Part shown: positions 12,527-21,413 of the stretch, piece by piece
Position numbering within the stretch: position 1 is the stretch's first letter
How the letters are laid out: the number at the start of each line of letters is the position of its first letter
DNA from: Promethearchaeota archaeon
GTDB lineage: Archaea; Asgardarchaeota; Lokiarchaeia; Sigyniarchaeales; SOKP01
Length of the DNA stretch: 32,000 nucleotides
Reading direction: 5' to 3'
NCBI GenBank assembly: GCA_030606485.1
Contig: JAUWGH010000001.1
Location: 210,001-242,000 of the forward strand
Notes under the pieces: model-generated
Told to the model about the DNA's origin: nothing
Seen by the model: the letters and a program-made list of their open reading frames with translations, nothing else
The model's database searches: none
Made by a program: the position numbers and the translations under genes

Positions 12527-13294
12527 GTGATATATATATCGTTTAATAGAGATATAGATCAATTTAGGTTTCCAGAAGATCATCATAAAGACATGGCACC
12601 TGGACCCTATGACCCATATGACCATCCATATGGGCCGCTACATGGAAGTCCTCCCCCATTTGGACCACCATTCTTACCACCACCATTCTCTATGCCACCT
12701 CCCTTTAGTAGAAAGGCATTTCAGGATATTAAAACGTTTATCATTTTAATCATTATCTCTGAACATCAAGATGGTATTACTGGCTACCAATTACAGGAAA
12801 AATTCAAGTTTCCAAGAGGTACTTTATTAAGAACTTTAGATGATTTAGAAGAAAAAGGTTATGTAAAAATTAAAGAAGACATCATAAAAGGTCGGGCACA
12901 AAAAATTTACACAATATCACAATCGGGGCGTGACTTTTTAGAACACTTAAAGATGAAATGGGCAACTCAATTTGCAAGAATGTCAGATATGGCACCCCCA
13001 GAACAATTTATTGGAGAAGGAATGAAGGTTATGTTTGATGAGCATATTAAAAATTTTACCACAAAAGATGATACTGAAGACTTTTTCCGAGGAATTAGGT
13101 CTTGGGTAAATTCAATTTTAAATAGAATCGAACATAGGAGAAAAAATCTTTTAATCGTAAAATCGGAATTAGATAAATCTATTGAGAATATAAGTAAGAT
13201 CGAAGAGTTAAACATCGATTCTTTGAAGAAGTTAATTGATAAATTTATTAAAAAACTTCTTGAATCTCAAGAAGGTGAAGATCAAATTGTATAA
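12527..13294 (+). CDS. PadR-family transcriptional regulator with Pro/His-rich N-terminal extension
   Basis: IILIIISE...ITGYQL...GTLLRTLDDLEEKGYV...KIYTISQSGRDFL winged-helix pattern; GTG start about 25 bp after a TATA box. Confidence 0.82.
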   Translation: MIYISFNRDIDQFRFPEDHHKDMAPGPYDPYDHPYGPLHGSPPPFGPPFLPPPFSMPPPFSRKAFQDIKTFIILIIISEHQDGITGYQLQEKFKFPRGTLLRTLDDLEEKGYVKIKEDIIKGRAQKIYTISQSGRDFLEHLKMKWATQFARMSDMAPPEQFIGEGMKVMFDEHIKNFTTKDDTEDFFRGIRSWVNSILNRIEHRRKNLLIVKSELDKSIENISKIEELNIDSLKKLIDKFIKKLLESQEGEDQIV

Positions 13295-13350
13295 GGCTAT
13301 TACAAAATTTTTAAGATGATCCTCTGGGTTAACATCCAAGATAATTTATC

Positions 13351-14130
13351 ATGGAGGTAAGTAATTTGATAGATTTCATTGTGATGCAATTCATAAAAGT
13401 GGGTATGAATTTTGCTATTTGGTATGCTTGTGGTTTATTGGTATTGAAAAGAGGAGTAAAAACTAATTATACAAGAAAAATTGTTCATTTCTCTTTGCTA
13501 TTACTTCCATTTTTAATGGATATGTTTCGTGGGCCTTCTAACGGAGCTTCTAATGAGAGTGGGAACAATTTCCTCTTAACAGCAATAGGACTTTTTTCTG
13601 GACTATTATATTTATTACTCTTCATTCAACCCATTCGAAATCGAGTAAAAGTGCTCAATACTGCATTTCTAAGCGTGGATAGGCCTGAAGATCGCCCTCA
13701 TACTATTTCTTGGCTTACTATTCAAACAACTGCCAATTTTTTAGTATCATTGCCTTTTTATGCTTATTTAAAAACGATTCAAAAGATGGAACTGCTTTTT
13801 ATCCCCATGTTAATTAATGGAATCGGAGACGGATTAGCAGAACCAATTGGTATTCGTTTTGGAAAACATAAATATAAGACATATGCACTTTTTACCAAGA
13901 AAAAATATGAGCGAAGTATTGAAGGGAGTGCTTGTGTTTTCATTACGGTATTATTAACTATTATTGTTTTCAGTTTTTCCTTCAGCCCGATTCAATTCAT
14001 AATCGCATTAATAACAATTCCAATTTTGATGACTTTAGCTGAGGCAATTGCACCACATAGTTGGGATAATCCATTCCTATCACTAGTGGGTGAAATTCTA
14101 TTATTTCTTATTTTACAATTTGTAATTTAA
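13351..14130 (+). CDS. Phytol/farnesol/dolichol kinase-like membrane protein (SEC59/CTP-dependent family)
   Basis: TRKIVH, GDGLAEPIGIRFGKH, RSIEGS and WDN motifs; multiple transmembrane segments. Confidence 0.78.
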   Translation: MEVSNLIDFIVMQFIKVGMNFAIWYACGLLVLKRGVKTNYTRKIVHFSLLLLPFLMDMFRGPSNGASNESGNNFLLTAIGLFSGLLYLLLFIQPIRNRVKVLNTAFLSVDRPEDRPHTISWLTIQTTANFLVSLPFYAYLKTIQKMELLFIPMLINGIGDGLAEPIGIRFGKHKYKTYALFTKKKYERSIEGSACVFITVLLTIIVFSFSFSPIQFIIALITIPILMTLAEAIAPHSWDNPFLSLVGEILLFLILQFVI

Positions 14131-14364
14131 TCAAATATCAACTTATAGGAAATCTTATTAATATTTTAGAAATTTCTTCTGTAAGTTTGATAATTCCTGA
14201 AATTACTCTCTTGATTTTTTATTTAGAAGATTAAATAAAAGCAAAAAATGAAATATTTAGTTGTTTTCAGCACTTTCTTCATTTAATTATTTGTTAATTT
14301 TTTGAAATAAAGTAATTTATTGTTAAAGAAAAGGAATTAGATAAATTCAAATCATCTGCGTGGT

Positions 14365-14712
14365 TTATATCATTTTTCTGATTTCTTCAAGATTATACTT
14401 TGGATCTGGACCAGCCGTTTTAAAAAAACTACTTAATTTTTCGCAAATATAGTCTTTACAATAGGCACAATTTTTAAGGTCTTTTTCTTGACCACACTTC
14501 CTTATTTCACACACATTGCAGTATCTAAAAAATCTTCCGCTTTTTGCCAAACATCCGTCGCAATTAATTTCCTCTGGTTTTATTTCACTTTTATACATTT
14601 TAGACCATAATTCAGCGACCTGTTTCCTTTTCTCATCATCATTTTCTTGAGTTGCTACTAATGCAGGGCATTCAGAACAAATTATTCCACAAAAGGCAAT
14701 CATTTTTTCCAT
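14365..14712 (-). CDS. DUF3795 Cys-rich metal-binding protein
   Basis: AFCGIICSECP, CDGC, CNVCEIRKC, CAYCKDYIC. Confidence 0.8.
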   Translation of the reverse strand: MEKMIAFCGIICSECPALVATQENDDEKRKQVAELWSKMYKSEIKPEEINCDGCLAKSGRFFRYCNVCEIRKCGQEKDLKNCAYCKDYICEKLSSFFKTAGPDPKYNLEEIRKMI

Positions 14713-14763
14713 TATTAATACCTCTAAAAATGAATTAAACTTAAGAATTTATTGTTATCTATA

Positions 14764-15930
14764 TTAATAAAATTGATTATTATCATCTAAATGATTTATT
14801 GCAGAAGCGATTACTTGACAGAAATTACATAAAAGTTCATAATCGACCCTATCAATAGTGTATTTTCGGTGAACATATTTATACACACTAATATCACCAA
14901 AACCTATGCCATTAAATCCTTTTTTCGCAGAAATCCATCCATCACTATGAACTCCAATTATTTTTCGTCCTTTTTTAATTTCTAAATTATGGTTTCTAGC
15001 AGATTTAAAAATTGAATTAATAAATTTAAAAAAATCGTTTTTCTCCTCACCAAATTTGAATAAACCAATCCCTTTACCGATTGTATCAAAATTAATTATG
15101 ATAAATTCATTCTTGTCATATTTCTGAAGACTATTTAAAAAAAATCTAGCACCCATCGTTCCAACTTCTTCAGCTCCAGTAAATAAAAACCAGAAATTAT
15201 AATTTTTTGATTGAACCTTCTCAATTTGAAAATGGTGTAATAATTCAAGAACTATTGCAATACCTGTTGCATTATCTAATGCTCCATCAGAATTATTATT
15301 TGATATATTTGTTAGGATAAAAATACAAGAAATTAAATTTAATATCATTATTATAGTTGCTATTGAATGGAAAAGCAAGAAAAATTGTGTTTGAAAGATA
15401 TATCTTAAAAAAAATACAATTATTATAATTAAAACAGATATAATCCAAACATAATAAGATACTATTCGATATATAATAGGTAAAGTCTGACCTTTTGAAT
15501 CTACATGCGCGATAAAAATCAATTTCTTTTTCATCTCTTTCATATTATCCATTTCTGCTTCTGAATTTAATTTAACGAGTAGATTTTGAGAATCTTGTTT
15601 TTTACCAAATTTAATTTTCTCAGGGTTTCTTGAAACTAAAAAAAGTAAAAACGATATAAAAATCACAATACCTAAGAACAGAATAAATATTATATCTGTG
15701 ACATTAAGATATTTCAAAAAAAGAATGATAAATACTAAAACAACATAAATTTTTAACAAAACATTTGAATAAAAAGTAGAAAACACAAAAGAGTGGCTTT
15801 CGGTTTTTAACCCTAATTTCTCAATTTTCTGTTTAATCTTTTCAAATGCTAATTTTTCTGAATTTGTACCATAACGGCGAGGGAAAGAAAGTTCTTGAAG
15901 ATTTCTCTTTATTCTCAATAAATCAATCAT
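14764..15930 (-). CDS. M28-family Zn peptidase with inserted transmembrane hairpins
   Basis: AHVDS, GALDNATG, GAEEVG, NFDTIG and a late His (YVH); two hydrophobic insertions. Confidence 0.75.
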   Translation of the reverse strand: MIDLLRIKRNLQELSFPRRYGTNSEKLAFEKIKQKIEKLGLKTESHSFVFSTFYSNVLLKIYVVLVFIILFLKYLNVTDIIFILFLGIVIFISFLLFLVSRNPEKIKFGKKQDSQNLLVKLNSEAEMDNMKEMKKKLIFIAHVDSKGQTLPIIYRIVSYYVWIISVLIIIIVFFLRYIFQTQFFLLFHSIATIIMILNLISCIFILTNISNNNSDGALDNATGIAIVLELLHHFQIEKVQSKNYNFWFLFTGAEEVGTMGARFFLNSLQKYDKNEFIIINFDTIGKGIGLFKFGEEKNDFFKFINSIFKSARNHNLEIKKGRKIIGVHSDGWISAKKGFNGIGFGDISVYKYVHRKYTIDRVDYELLCNFCQVIASAINHLDDNNQFY

Positions 15931-15967
15931 ATTAATTAGTTTTTGGAAGTTTCCACCTTTTATTAAA

Positions 15968-16798
15968 CTATTTTAAAAATCTCACTTGAACAATCTTTGC
16001 CGTTTTAAACCGCTCAGCAATATTAATCATCTTAATGGTTTTTTTACTCCAGTTTGGATTACGTGGTGCTCGGGCCCATATAGTGAACCAATCAACCACT
16101 TCAATTTTATCAGACCATTTCGGAAATTTTTTCATAGGATTACCAACACTAAAACAAAAAGGTTTCGTTTCTGTACCTGCTTTTCGAACTCTTCTATTCA
16201 TAATTTTTTTAGCAAGTTTTGAGATTGCATCAAAAATAATTTCACCCTCCGGAAATCTTTCAGCCATTACTCTAAAAAGAGCATATATCTCCTCTTCTTT
16301 AAAATAGTAAATAAACCCACCTGCTATAAAGAAAATGCCTTTATCAGCGTTAAATTCAATATCATCGAACCAGCTATAATCTAATGCAGATTTTGCAATG
16401 CATTTACATCGGGGTGATTCGGGGATGAATTGTTTGCGAAATTCGATAGCATCGGGTAAATCTAAATCATACCATTTAATCCTACCATTATCAACACGGA
16501 AAAAGGTTGTATCTAATCCGGCTCCAATATTAACTACGGTGGTATTCGGATTTTTCTCTATATATTTTTTTAGAGCATCATCAAAACTCTTGGCTCTAAC
16601 TAAAAGACCAAGTCCACGCCATTCATCTAAAAATTCTTGAACTTCAGAGAAATCATAATCAAGATCTTTAATAATTTTAGATGCTTTAGGGTCATTTAAC
16701 AAATCAGGATATAACTTGCTATAAGTTGCTCGAGCCCATAAAGGACCAAGCATAGTTGCTTCAATCGTACCACTATTGAGATTCAATTTTTTTGTCAT
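15968..16798 (-). CDS. Class I SAM-dependent methyltransferase (leucine carboxyl methyltransferase/TcmP-like)
   Basis: TMLGPLWARA, VVNIGAGLDTTFFR, WYDLDLPD. Confidence 0.85.
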   Translation of the reverse strand: MTKKLNLNSGTIEATMLGPLWARATYSKLYPDLLNDPKASKIIKDLDYDFSEVQEFLDEWRGLGLLVRAKSFDDALKKYIEKNPNTTVVNIGAGLDTTFFRVDNGRIKWYDLDLPDAIEFRKQFIPESPRCKCIAKSALDYSWFDDIEFNADKGIFFIAGGFIYYFKEEEIYALFRVMAERFPEGEIIFDAISKLAKKIMNRRVRKAGTETKPFCFSVGNPMKKFPKWSDKIEVVDWFTIWARAPRNPNWSKKTIKMINIAERFKTAKIVQVRFLK

Positions 16799-16958
16799 GT
16801 ATTCTTAAAATCGCTATTTCCAATTAAAATTTGTGATCTAAACAAATAAAAGAAATGAAGTTTTGGAACATAGATTGATAAAAATTCTTTTAGATTGATT
16901 TTATTCTGAATATTTAGCAAAATAAATTAATTTTTTTATACAGCATAAGCTTTTTTAT

Positions 16959-17852
16959 ATGAATTTCAATTTAAATAAAATTGATGAGAAAATGGCTAAA
17001 AAATTAAAATATGGTTTATATACTCCAAATTATGGTACTATTTTTGGCTACGCAAGAAAATTAGCAGAATTATCAAAGGAAGTAGAAAATGCTGGGTGGG
17101 ATGGATACTTTATATGGGATCATATTTTGGTTGATAGAAATTTTCCTTATCCAATTGTTGATCCTTGGGTTGCTCTGGCAGCAATGGCAATCTCAACCGA
17201 ACGTATTTATATTGGAACAACTATTACTCCCTTACCACGTCGTCGCCCATGGAAGCTCGCTCGCGAAACGGTTGCAATAGATCACCTATCTAAAGGGAGA
17301 ATGATTTTAAGCGTAGGTTTGGGAGAACCACCAGAGGTAGAGTATAAGGCTTTCGGTGAAGAATCTGATTTAAAAGTGCGCGCTAAGAAACTGGAAGAGG
17401 GAATTGATATCTTAATAGGTCTCTGGAGTGGTAAACCCTTTAGTTATAATGGAGAATATTATGATATTGATAATGTGAGATTCTTACCAAAACCAGTTCA
17501 AAAACCAAGAATTCCAATATGGGGGGCTGGACAATGGCCAAAAAAGGGACCTTTTATTCGGGCTGCTCGTAAATTGGATGGCATCTTTCCATTAAAAGAA
17601 AATTTTCGAGGGAAATTAACCCTAGATGATTTAGGAGAGATAATAAATTTCATAAAAAAACATCGTAAGGTAGAAACTCCTTTTGATGTTGTATTTATGG
17701 GTAAAACGACTGGAAAAAGTCCAAAATCGACAAATGAAAGATTTAAACAATATGCAGAAGTTGGTGTGACTTGGTGGTTAGAATATTTCGGAGCGACTGC
17801 GAAATTAGAAAAAATACGGGAACGGATAAACTTAGGACCAGGAGATGTTTAG
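16959..17852 (+). CDS. LLM-class flavin/F420-dependent oxidoreductase (start may be the ATG at 16992)
   Basis: GWDGYFIWDH, DPWVALAAMA, LARETVAIDHLSKGR, PKPVQKPRIPIWGAG. Confidence 0.88.
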   Translation: MNFNLNKIDEKMAKKLKYGLYTPNYGTIFGYARKLAELSKEVENAGWDGYFIWDHILVDRNFPYPIVDPWVALAAMAISTERIYIGTTITPLPRRRPWKLARETVAIDHLSKGRMILSVGLGEPPEVEYKAFGEESDLKVRAKKLEEGIDILIGLWSGKPFSYNGEYYDIDNVRFLPKPVQKPRIPIWGAGQWPKKGPFIRAARKLDGIFPLKENFRGKLTLDDLGEIINFIKKHRKVETPFDVVFMGKTTGKSPKSTNERFKQYAEVGVTWWLEYFGATAKLEKIRERINLGPGDV

Positions 17853-17961
17853 CGGGTTTTAGATGTGATTAGAAAAATATTGGGCGGCTTATTGAATATA
17901 AAATTAATCTTTATTAATCCAATTCACATATTCTTATATATTCAAGAAAGGTGTTAATAAA

Positions 17962-18819
17962 TTGCAAAGTGAAAAAATAGATCCTACTTATATTGGTCAC
18001 AACGATGGCTGTGCGTTTATAATTCCTAAAAAACTCTTTCAGATGAAATTAAAAGGAGTTATTCCACCAGAAGATCTAAAACTATTTAGTAAATATATGA
18101 GAAAGACGATTATAGGATTTGATAAAGCACGTAAAACAAAATATGGAAATAAAAACAAAACTAAAACAGCAACAACGCCAGAATTTTGGGAAAGATTTGA
18201 AAGTAAAGCTAAAGAATTAGGTGCAGACCTTATTGGCTATATACCAGTTAATGAAAATTACATCTTTAAAAACCTCACCATCTATGGAAAAAATGCCATT
18301 GTTCTTTGTATGGAGCTAGATTGGGAAAAAATCAAGACTGCCCCGAGCTATTTTTGTGGAATGGAAGCCTTTAGAGTCTATAAAGAATTAGGGGATGTAG
18401 TTATCGAATTAACCAATTACTTACAAGAACAAGGCTATAAGGCTGAAGCACACCATCCTTTTGGTGGAAAATTATTATTTCCTTATCACGCTGTGGCTGC
18501 AAATATTGGAATAATAGGAAAACTTGGATTGCTTATTACCCCTGAATTTGGTCCAAGACAACGTATTGGAATAATAACGACTGACGCTGATATTCCATTG
18601 AATAGAAAAAAAAGAGACTTTAGTGAATTGGAAGAGTTCTGTAGTAATTGTGGGGCTTGTGTTAAGAGTTGTAAAGCTGCATTGGAAGAACCTGTTGAAA
18701 AAATCAAGGGTTCTGGAGTAATATCGCGCATAGATCGCTCAGAATGTATAGAAAGATTGATAGATGATAATTACTGCTCAATCTGTCTAAAAATTTGTTC
18801 TTTAGGGCACCCAAAATAA
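17962..18819 (+). CDS. QueG/reductive-dehalogenase-superfamily 4Fe-4S (cobalamin-binding-type) protein
   Basis: AKELGADLIG, HAVAANIGIIGKLGLLITPEFGPRQR, CSNCGACVKSC and C-x9-CSICLKIC; TTG start; no Tat signal. Confidence 0.75.
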   Translation: MQSEKIDPTYIGHNDGCAFIIPKKLFQMKLKGVIPPEDLKLFSKYMRKTIIGFDKARKTKYGNKNKTKTATTPEFWERFESKAKELGADLIGYIPVNENYIFKNLTIYGKNAIVLCMELDWEKIKTAPSYFCGMEAFRVYKELGDVVIELTNYLQEQGYKAEAHHPFGGKLLFPYHAVAANIGIIGKLGLLITPEFGPRQRIGIITTDADIPLNRKKRDFSELEEFCSNCGACVKSCKAALEEPVEKIKGSGVISRIDRSECIERLIDDNYCSICLKICSLGHPK

Positions 18820-19083
18820 TTAATAATATTTTAATTTTTACCCTAATTCTAAAATTAAAAATCTTAAAAATAAAAGGAAAACTTTTAAGAAAGATTTTGG
18901 AAAATCTAATATATAAAAAGTTTAACTTTGATTGTGATAAAAATCTGAATTATATAGAATATTTGGGTTAAATTATTTCCTTTAATTATCTTATTATTAC
19001 TTTTCTTTTAGTTTTATATGATTGTGATGATTCTTTCGATGCAATTAATAATTGATCAAATACAAAAGTTTATATATAAGAAT

Positions 19084-19127
19084 GTCCATTATAAGAGTGG
19101 ACGTCCAAGAATATATTAAACGTCCAA
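19084..19127. promoter_or_regulatory. Cluster of GTCCA/TGGAC elements in the promoter of the pseudo-GTPase gene
   Basis: GTCCA-N9-TGGAC (19084-19102), perfect palindrome TGGACGTCCA (19098-19107), ACGTCCAA repeated at 19101 and 19120, just downstream of a TTTATATA box. Confidence 0.4.
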
Positions 19128-19161
19128 AAAAAAATAAATAAAAAAAAGAGATGGATTTGAA

Positions 19162-20142
19162 TTGAAAAATATAAACACTGAAGGGAAGAAAATAAAAAAT
19201 GGAAAATTAACAAATATACAGTTAGAAAATTTGGAAGTTTTTCTTAAAAAATGTAATTATAGTAAAGAAGAATTGGTGACAGAAAGTGATGTTAGATTAT
19301 CTAGAACCATTCTTGTTAAAGAAGATTGGATTAGGAGCTCTAAAAAGAAAATGAAACATTTAATTCAAGTTCTTATTCAAAATTTTGACCTGAATTGGTT
19401 AATTTCAAAAATCGCATTTGATCTTCATATAAAATATGATAAAACAATCAGTCAAGGACAAGCAGAAGCCATTATACGACGAGTTTTAGGTATAAAACTC
19501 TCAAGCACGGGTAGAAGTCAATTGCATGAATTACGCAAGAAAATCCAAAAATATAAAAGATTTTTAACATATTTTGAAGAATGGGGCAAGCAAGAAGACT
19601 ATACATTAAAAGTTATTATTATGGGCTTAAAAGACGAACAAAAAAATAAATTATTCCTAATACCATCTGAAGTAGAGGGGTCTAATATAACCATTGGAGT
19701 GGAATTCCATAGAAAAATGATAGAAATTTATGATAAAATAGTAGAATTACAGATTTGGGATGTTACAGGGAATAAGAAATTCTCACTCCTAAGACCAAAA
19801 TACTATTTAGGTGCTAAAGGAGCAATTATAACTTATGATAAAGGTGATCGTGAATCATTTGAATTAGCCAAAAAATTTTATTCTGAATTAAAGAAGGTAA
19901 CTAATCTAAAGTTCAAATTAAAAGAAAAAAAAGGAGTTTATGTTGATATTCCTATAACTCTCATCAGCTTTGGCGAATCTAAACTAGTGACTTCAGAAGA
20001 AGGGCAATCTTTAGCAAAAGAATTAGGAGCATATTATTATGAAATGTCAGAGATTGATGAACAAATCTTTGGAGAAGCACTTTCTTATCTTTCCCTTCAA
20101 GTTATTACGAGATGCCAGAAAATGATGGGGAAAAGATACTAA
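19162..20142 (+). CDS. Rab-like pseudo-GTPase with ~145-aa N-terminal extension
   Basis: TIGVEF, LQIWDVTG, RPKYYLGAKGAIITYD and GQSLAKELGAYYYEMS are Rab-like; G1 is GLKDEQKN and G4 NKxD is absent. Confidence 0.78.
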   Translation: MKNINTEGKKIKNGKLTNIQLENLEVFLKKCNYSKEELVTESDVRLSRTILVKEDWIRSSKKKMKHLIQVLIQNFDLNWLISKIAFDLHIKYDKTISQGQAEAIIRRVLGIKLSSTGRSQLHELRKKIQKYKRFLTYFEEWGKQEDYTLKVIIMGLKDEQKNKLFLIPSEVEGSNITIGVEFHRKMIEIYDKIVELQIWDVTGNKKFSLLRPKYYLGAKGAIITYDKGDRESFELAKKFYSELKKVTNLKFKLKEKKGVYVDIPITLISFGESKLVTSEEGQSLAKELGAYYYEMSEIDEQIFGEALSYLSLQVITRCQKMMGKRY

Positions 20143-20185
20143 TTTGAAAATTTAAAAATTTTTTTTTAAATTAGAAGGATTTATA

Positions 20186-20710
20186 ATGAGATTATTAATT
20201 TTAAGTTATTTCGATAAAATAATTGGTCCAAAAATTTTTTTAAAGGTACCAGATAATTATAATAGCAATTATCTGCAATATATCCCTAATTTAATAGATT
20301 ATTATGATGAAGGTTATTTCATTCATGAATTTGTTATATTAAAAACCGCAAATCTTATTTTTCAAATATCTAGTCCATTAGCAAGAGGATATATGGAGAT
20401 TGCTATGATATCAATAGTACTTCTTAATGAAGAGATAAATCCTAATTTTTTTCAGGAATCATTAAAATATTTTGTTTTTGAGATAAAAAGAATAAATGAT
20501 ATATATCAGGGATTTTACATTGAAAAAGAAGAAATCAAAGGTACTCGTAAAGCGTATATTAAAATGAAAGATCTGATGAATTTAATTTATAATTCACTTC
20601 CTAAAAAAATCTTATTCAGAAGATTTAATATTATACCATTTCAAATTTCTTATCAAATTTGCAAAATAGGAAAGAGTAGAAGAAATCTGAAAAACATTAG
20701 AGAATTTTAA
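20186..20710 (+). CDS. uDENN/longin-domain protein resembling folliculin/SMCR8/NPRL2
   Basis: N-terminal ILSYFDKIIGPKIFLKVP and FQISSPLARGY resemble the F-x3/4-GP and LARGF motifs of eukaryotic longin GAP subunits (recognised by eye). Confidence 0.6.
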   Translation: MRLLILSYFDKIIGPKIFLKVPDNYNSNYLQYIPNLIDYYDEGYFIHEFVILKTANLIFQISSPLARGYMEIAMISIVLLNEEINPNFFQESLKYFVFEIKRINDIYQGFYIEKEEIKGTRKAYIKMKDLMNLIYNSLPKKILFRRFNIIPFQISYQICKIGKSRRNLKNIREF

Positions 20711-20759
20711 AAAAAATAAAAAACGATTTTATGAAAAGGAAAAAATGAGACATAATAAT

Positions 20760-21320
20760 TCATCTATAACATATTAATCCAAATCGATATATCCAACGTT
20801 TTGGAGGCCATTCTAACCTAAAATTTAAGGATTTTACCGTTTTATCCACATCAATCCCTACCGCCTCCATCGAATATCTCATCTCATCCGGATAACGACA
20901 TGGTTCTCTACTATCATATGTACAAGCACCATCTCGTCGATCATTACAAATTTTACAATGTCCTCCTACCAAAATTATTTTATCTTGGAAAGGCTCTTGA
21001 CTCGTTTCTAAAAATTGATTTATTTCTATATCAAGCCCTTTTCGTGTGATTTCTTTGAAAAATACTTGGTTTCTTATTCTCTCTTCACTCCAATTTGGGT
21101 GTTTTGATCGAGTTTCTTTTATATAGGATTTTAAATCAAATTGAAAGTATATTAGAAAAAATTTTTGAAAGCATGAGATTTCTTCTTCTAAATAGGGCGC
21201 CACTGGGGGACAAGACCAATTATGATCATAATTTGGGCATTTAAAGTTTGGATTAACACAATATGTTTGAACCTTTGGATCGAAAACAATATCATTAAAC
21301 TTAATTTCAATAAAAGGCAT
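20760..21320 (-). CDS. DUF2284 predicted metal-binding protein
   Basis: CPNYDHNWSCPP, GGHCKIC, CRYPDEMRYSMEAVGIDV. Confidence 0.8.
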   Translation of the reverse strand: MPFIEIKFNDIVFDPKVQTYCVNPNFKCPNYDHNWSCPPVAPYLEEEISCFQKFFLIYFQFDLKSYIKETRSKHPNWSEERIRNQVFFKEITRKGLDIEINQFLETSQEPFQDKIILVGGHCKICNDRRDGACTYDSREPCRYPDEMRYSMEAVGIDVDKTVKSLNFRLEWPPKRWIYRFGLICYR

Positions 21321-21413
21321 AAAAATATCTTTAAAAGTGTTTAAAATAATATAATTTCTTCTATTATTTTTTTTTAATGTAAATTTGATTTTAAAGAAAA
21401 AAAGAGAATTATG

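Noticed and set aside
14230-14285. 19-codon minus-strand ORF MKKVLKTTKYFIFCFYLIF resembling a signal peptide
   Set aside because: Too short, and no continuing frame to support a pseudogene.
20600-20710. Possible frameshift at the A7 run that would fuse the longin ORF to a GTPase
   Set aside because: Both alternative frames stop within about 20 codons and show no P-loop.
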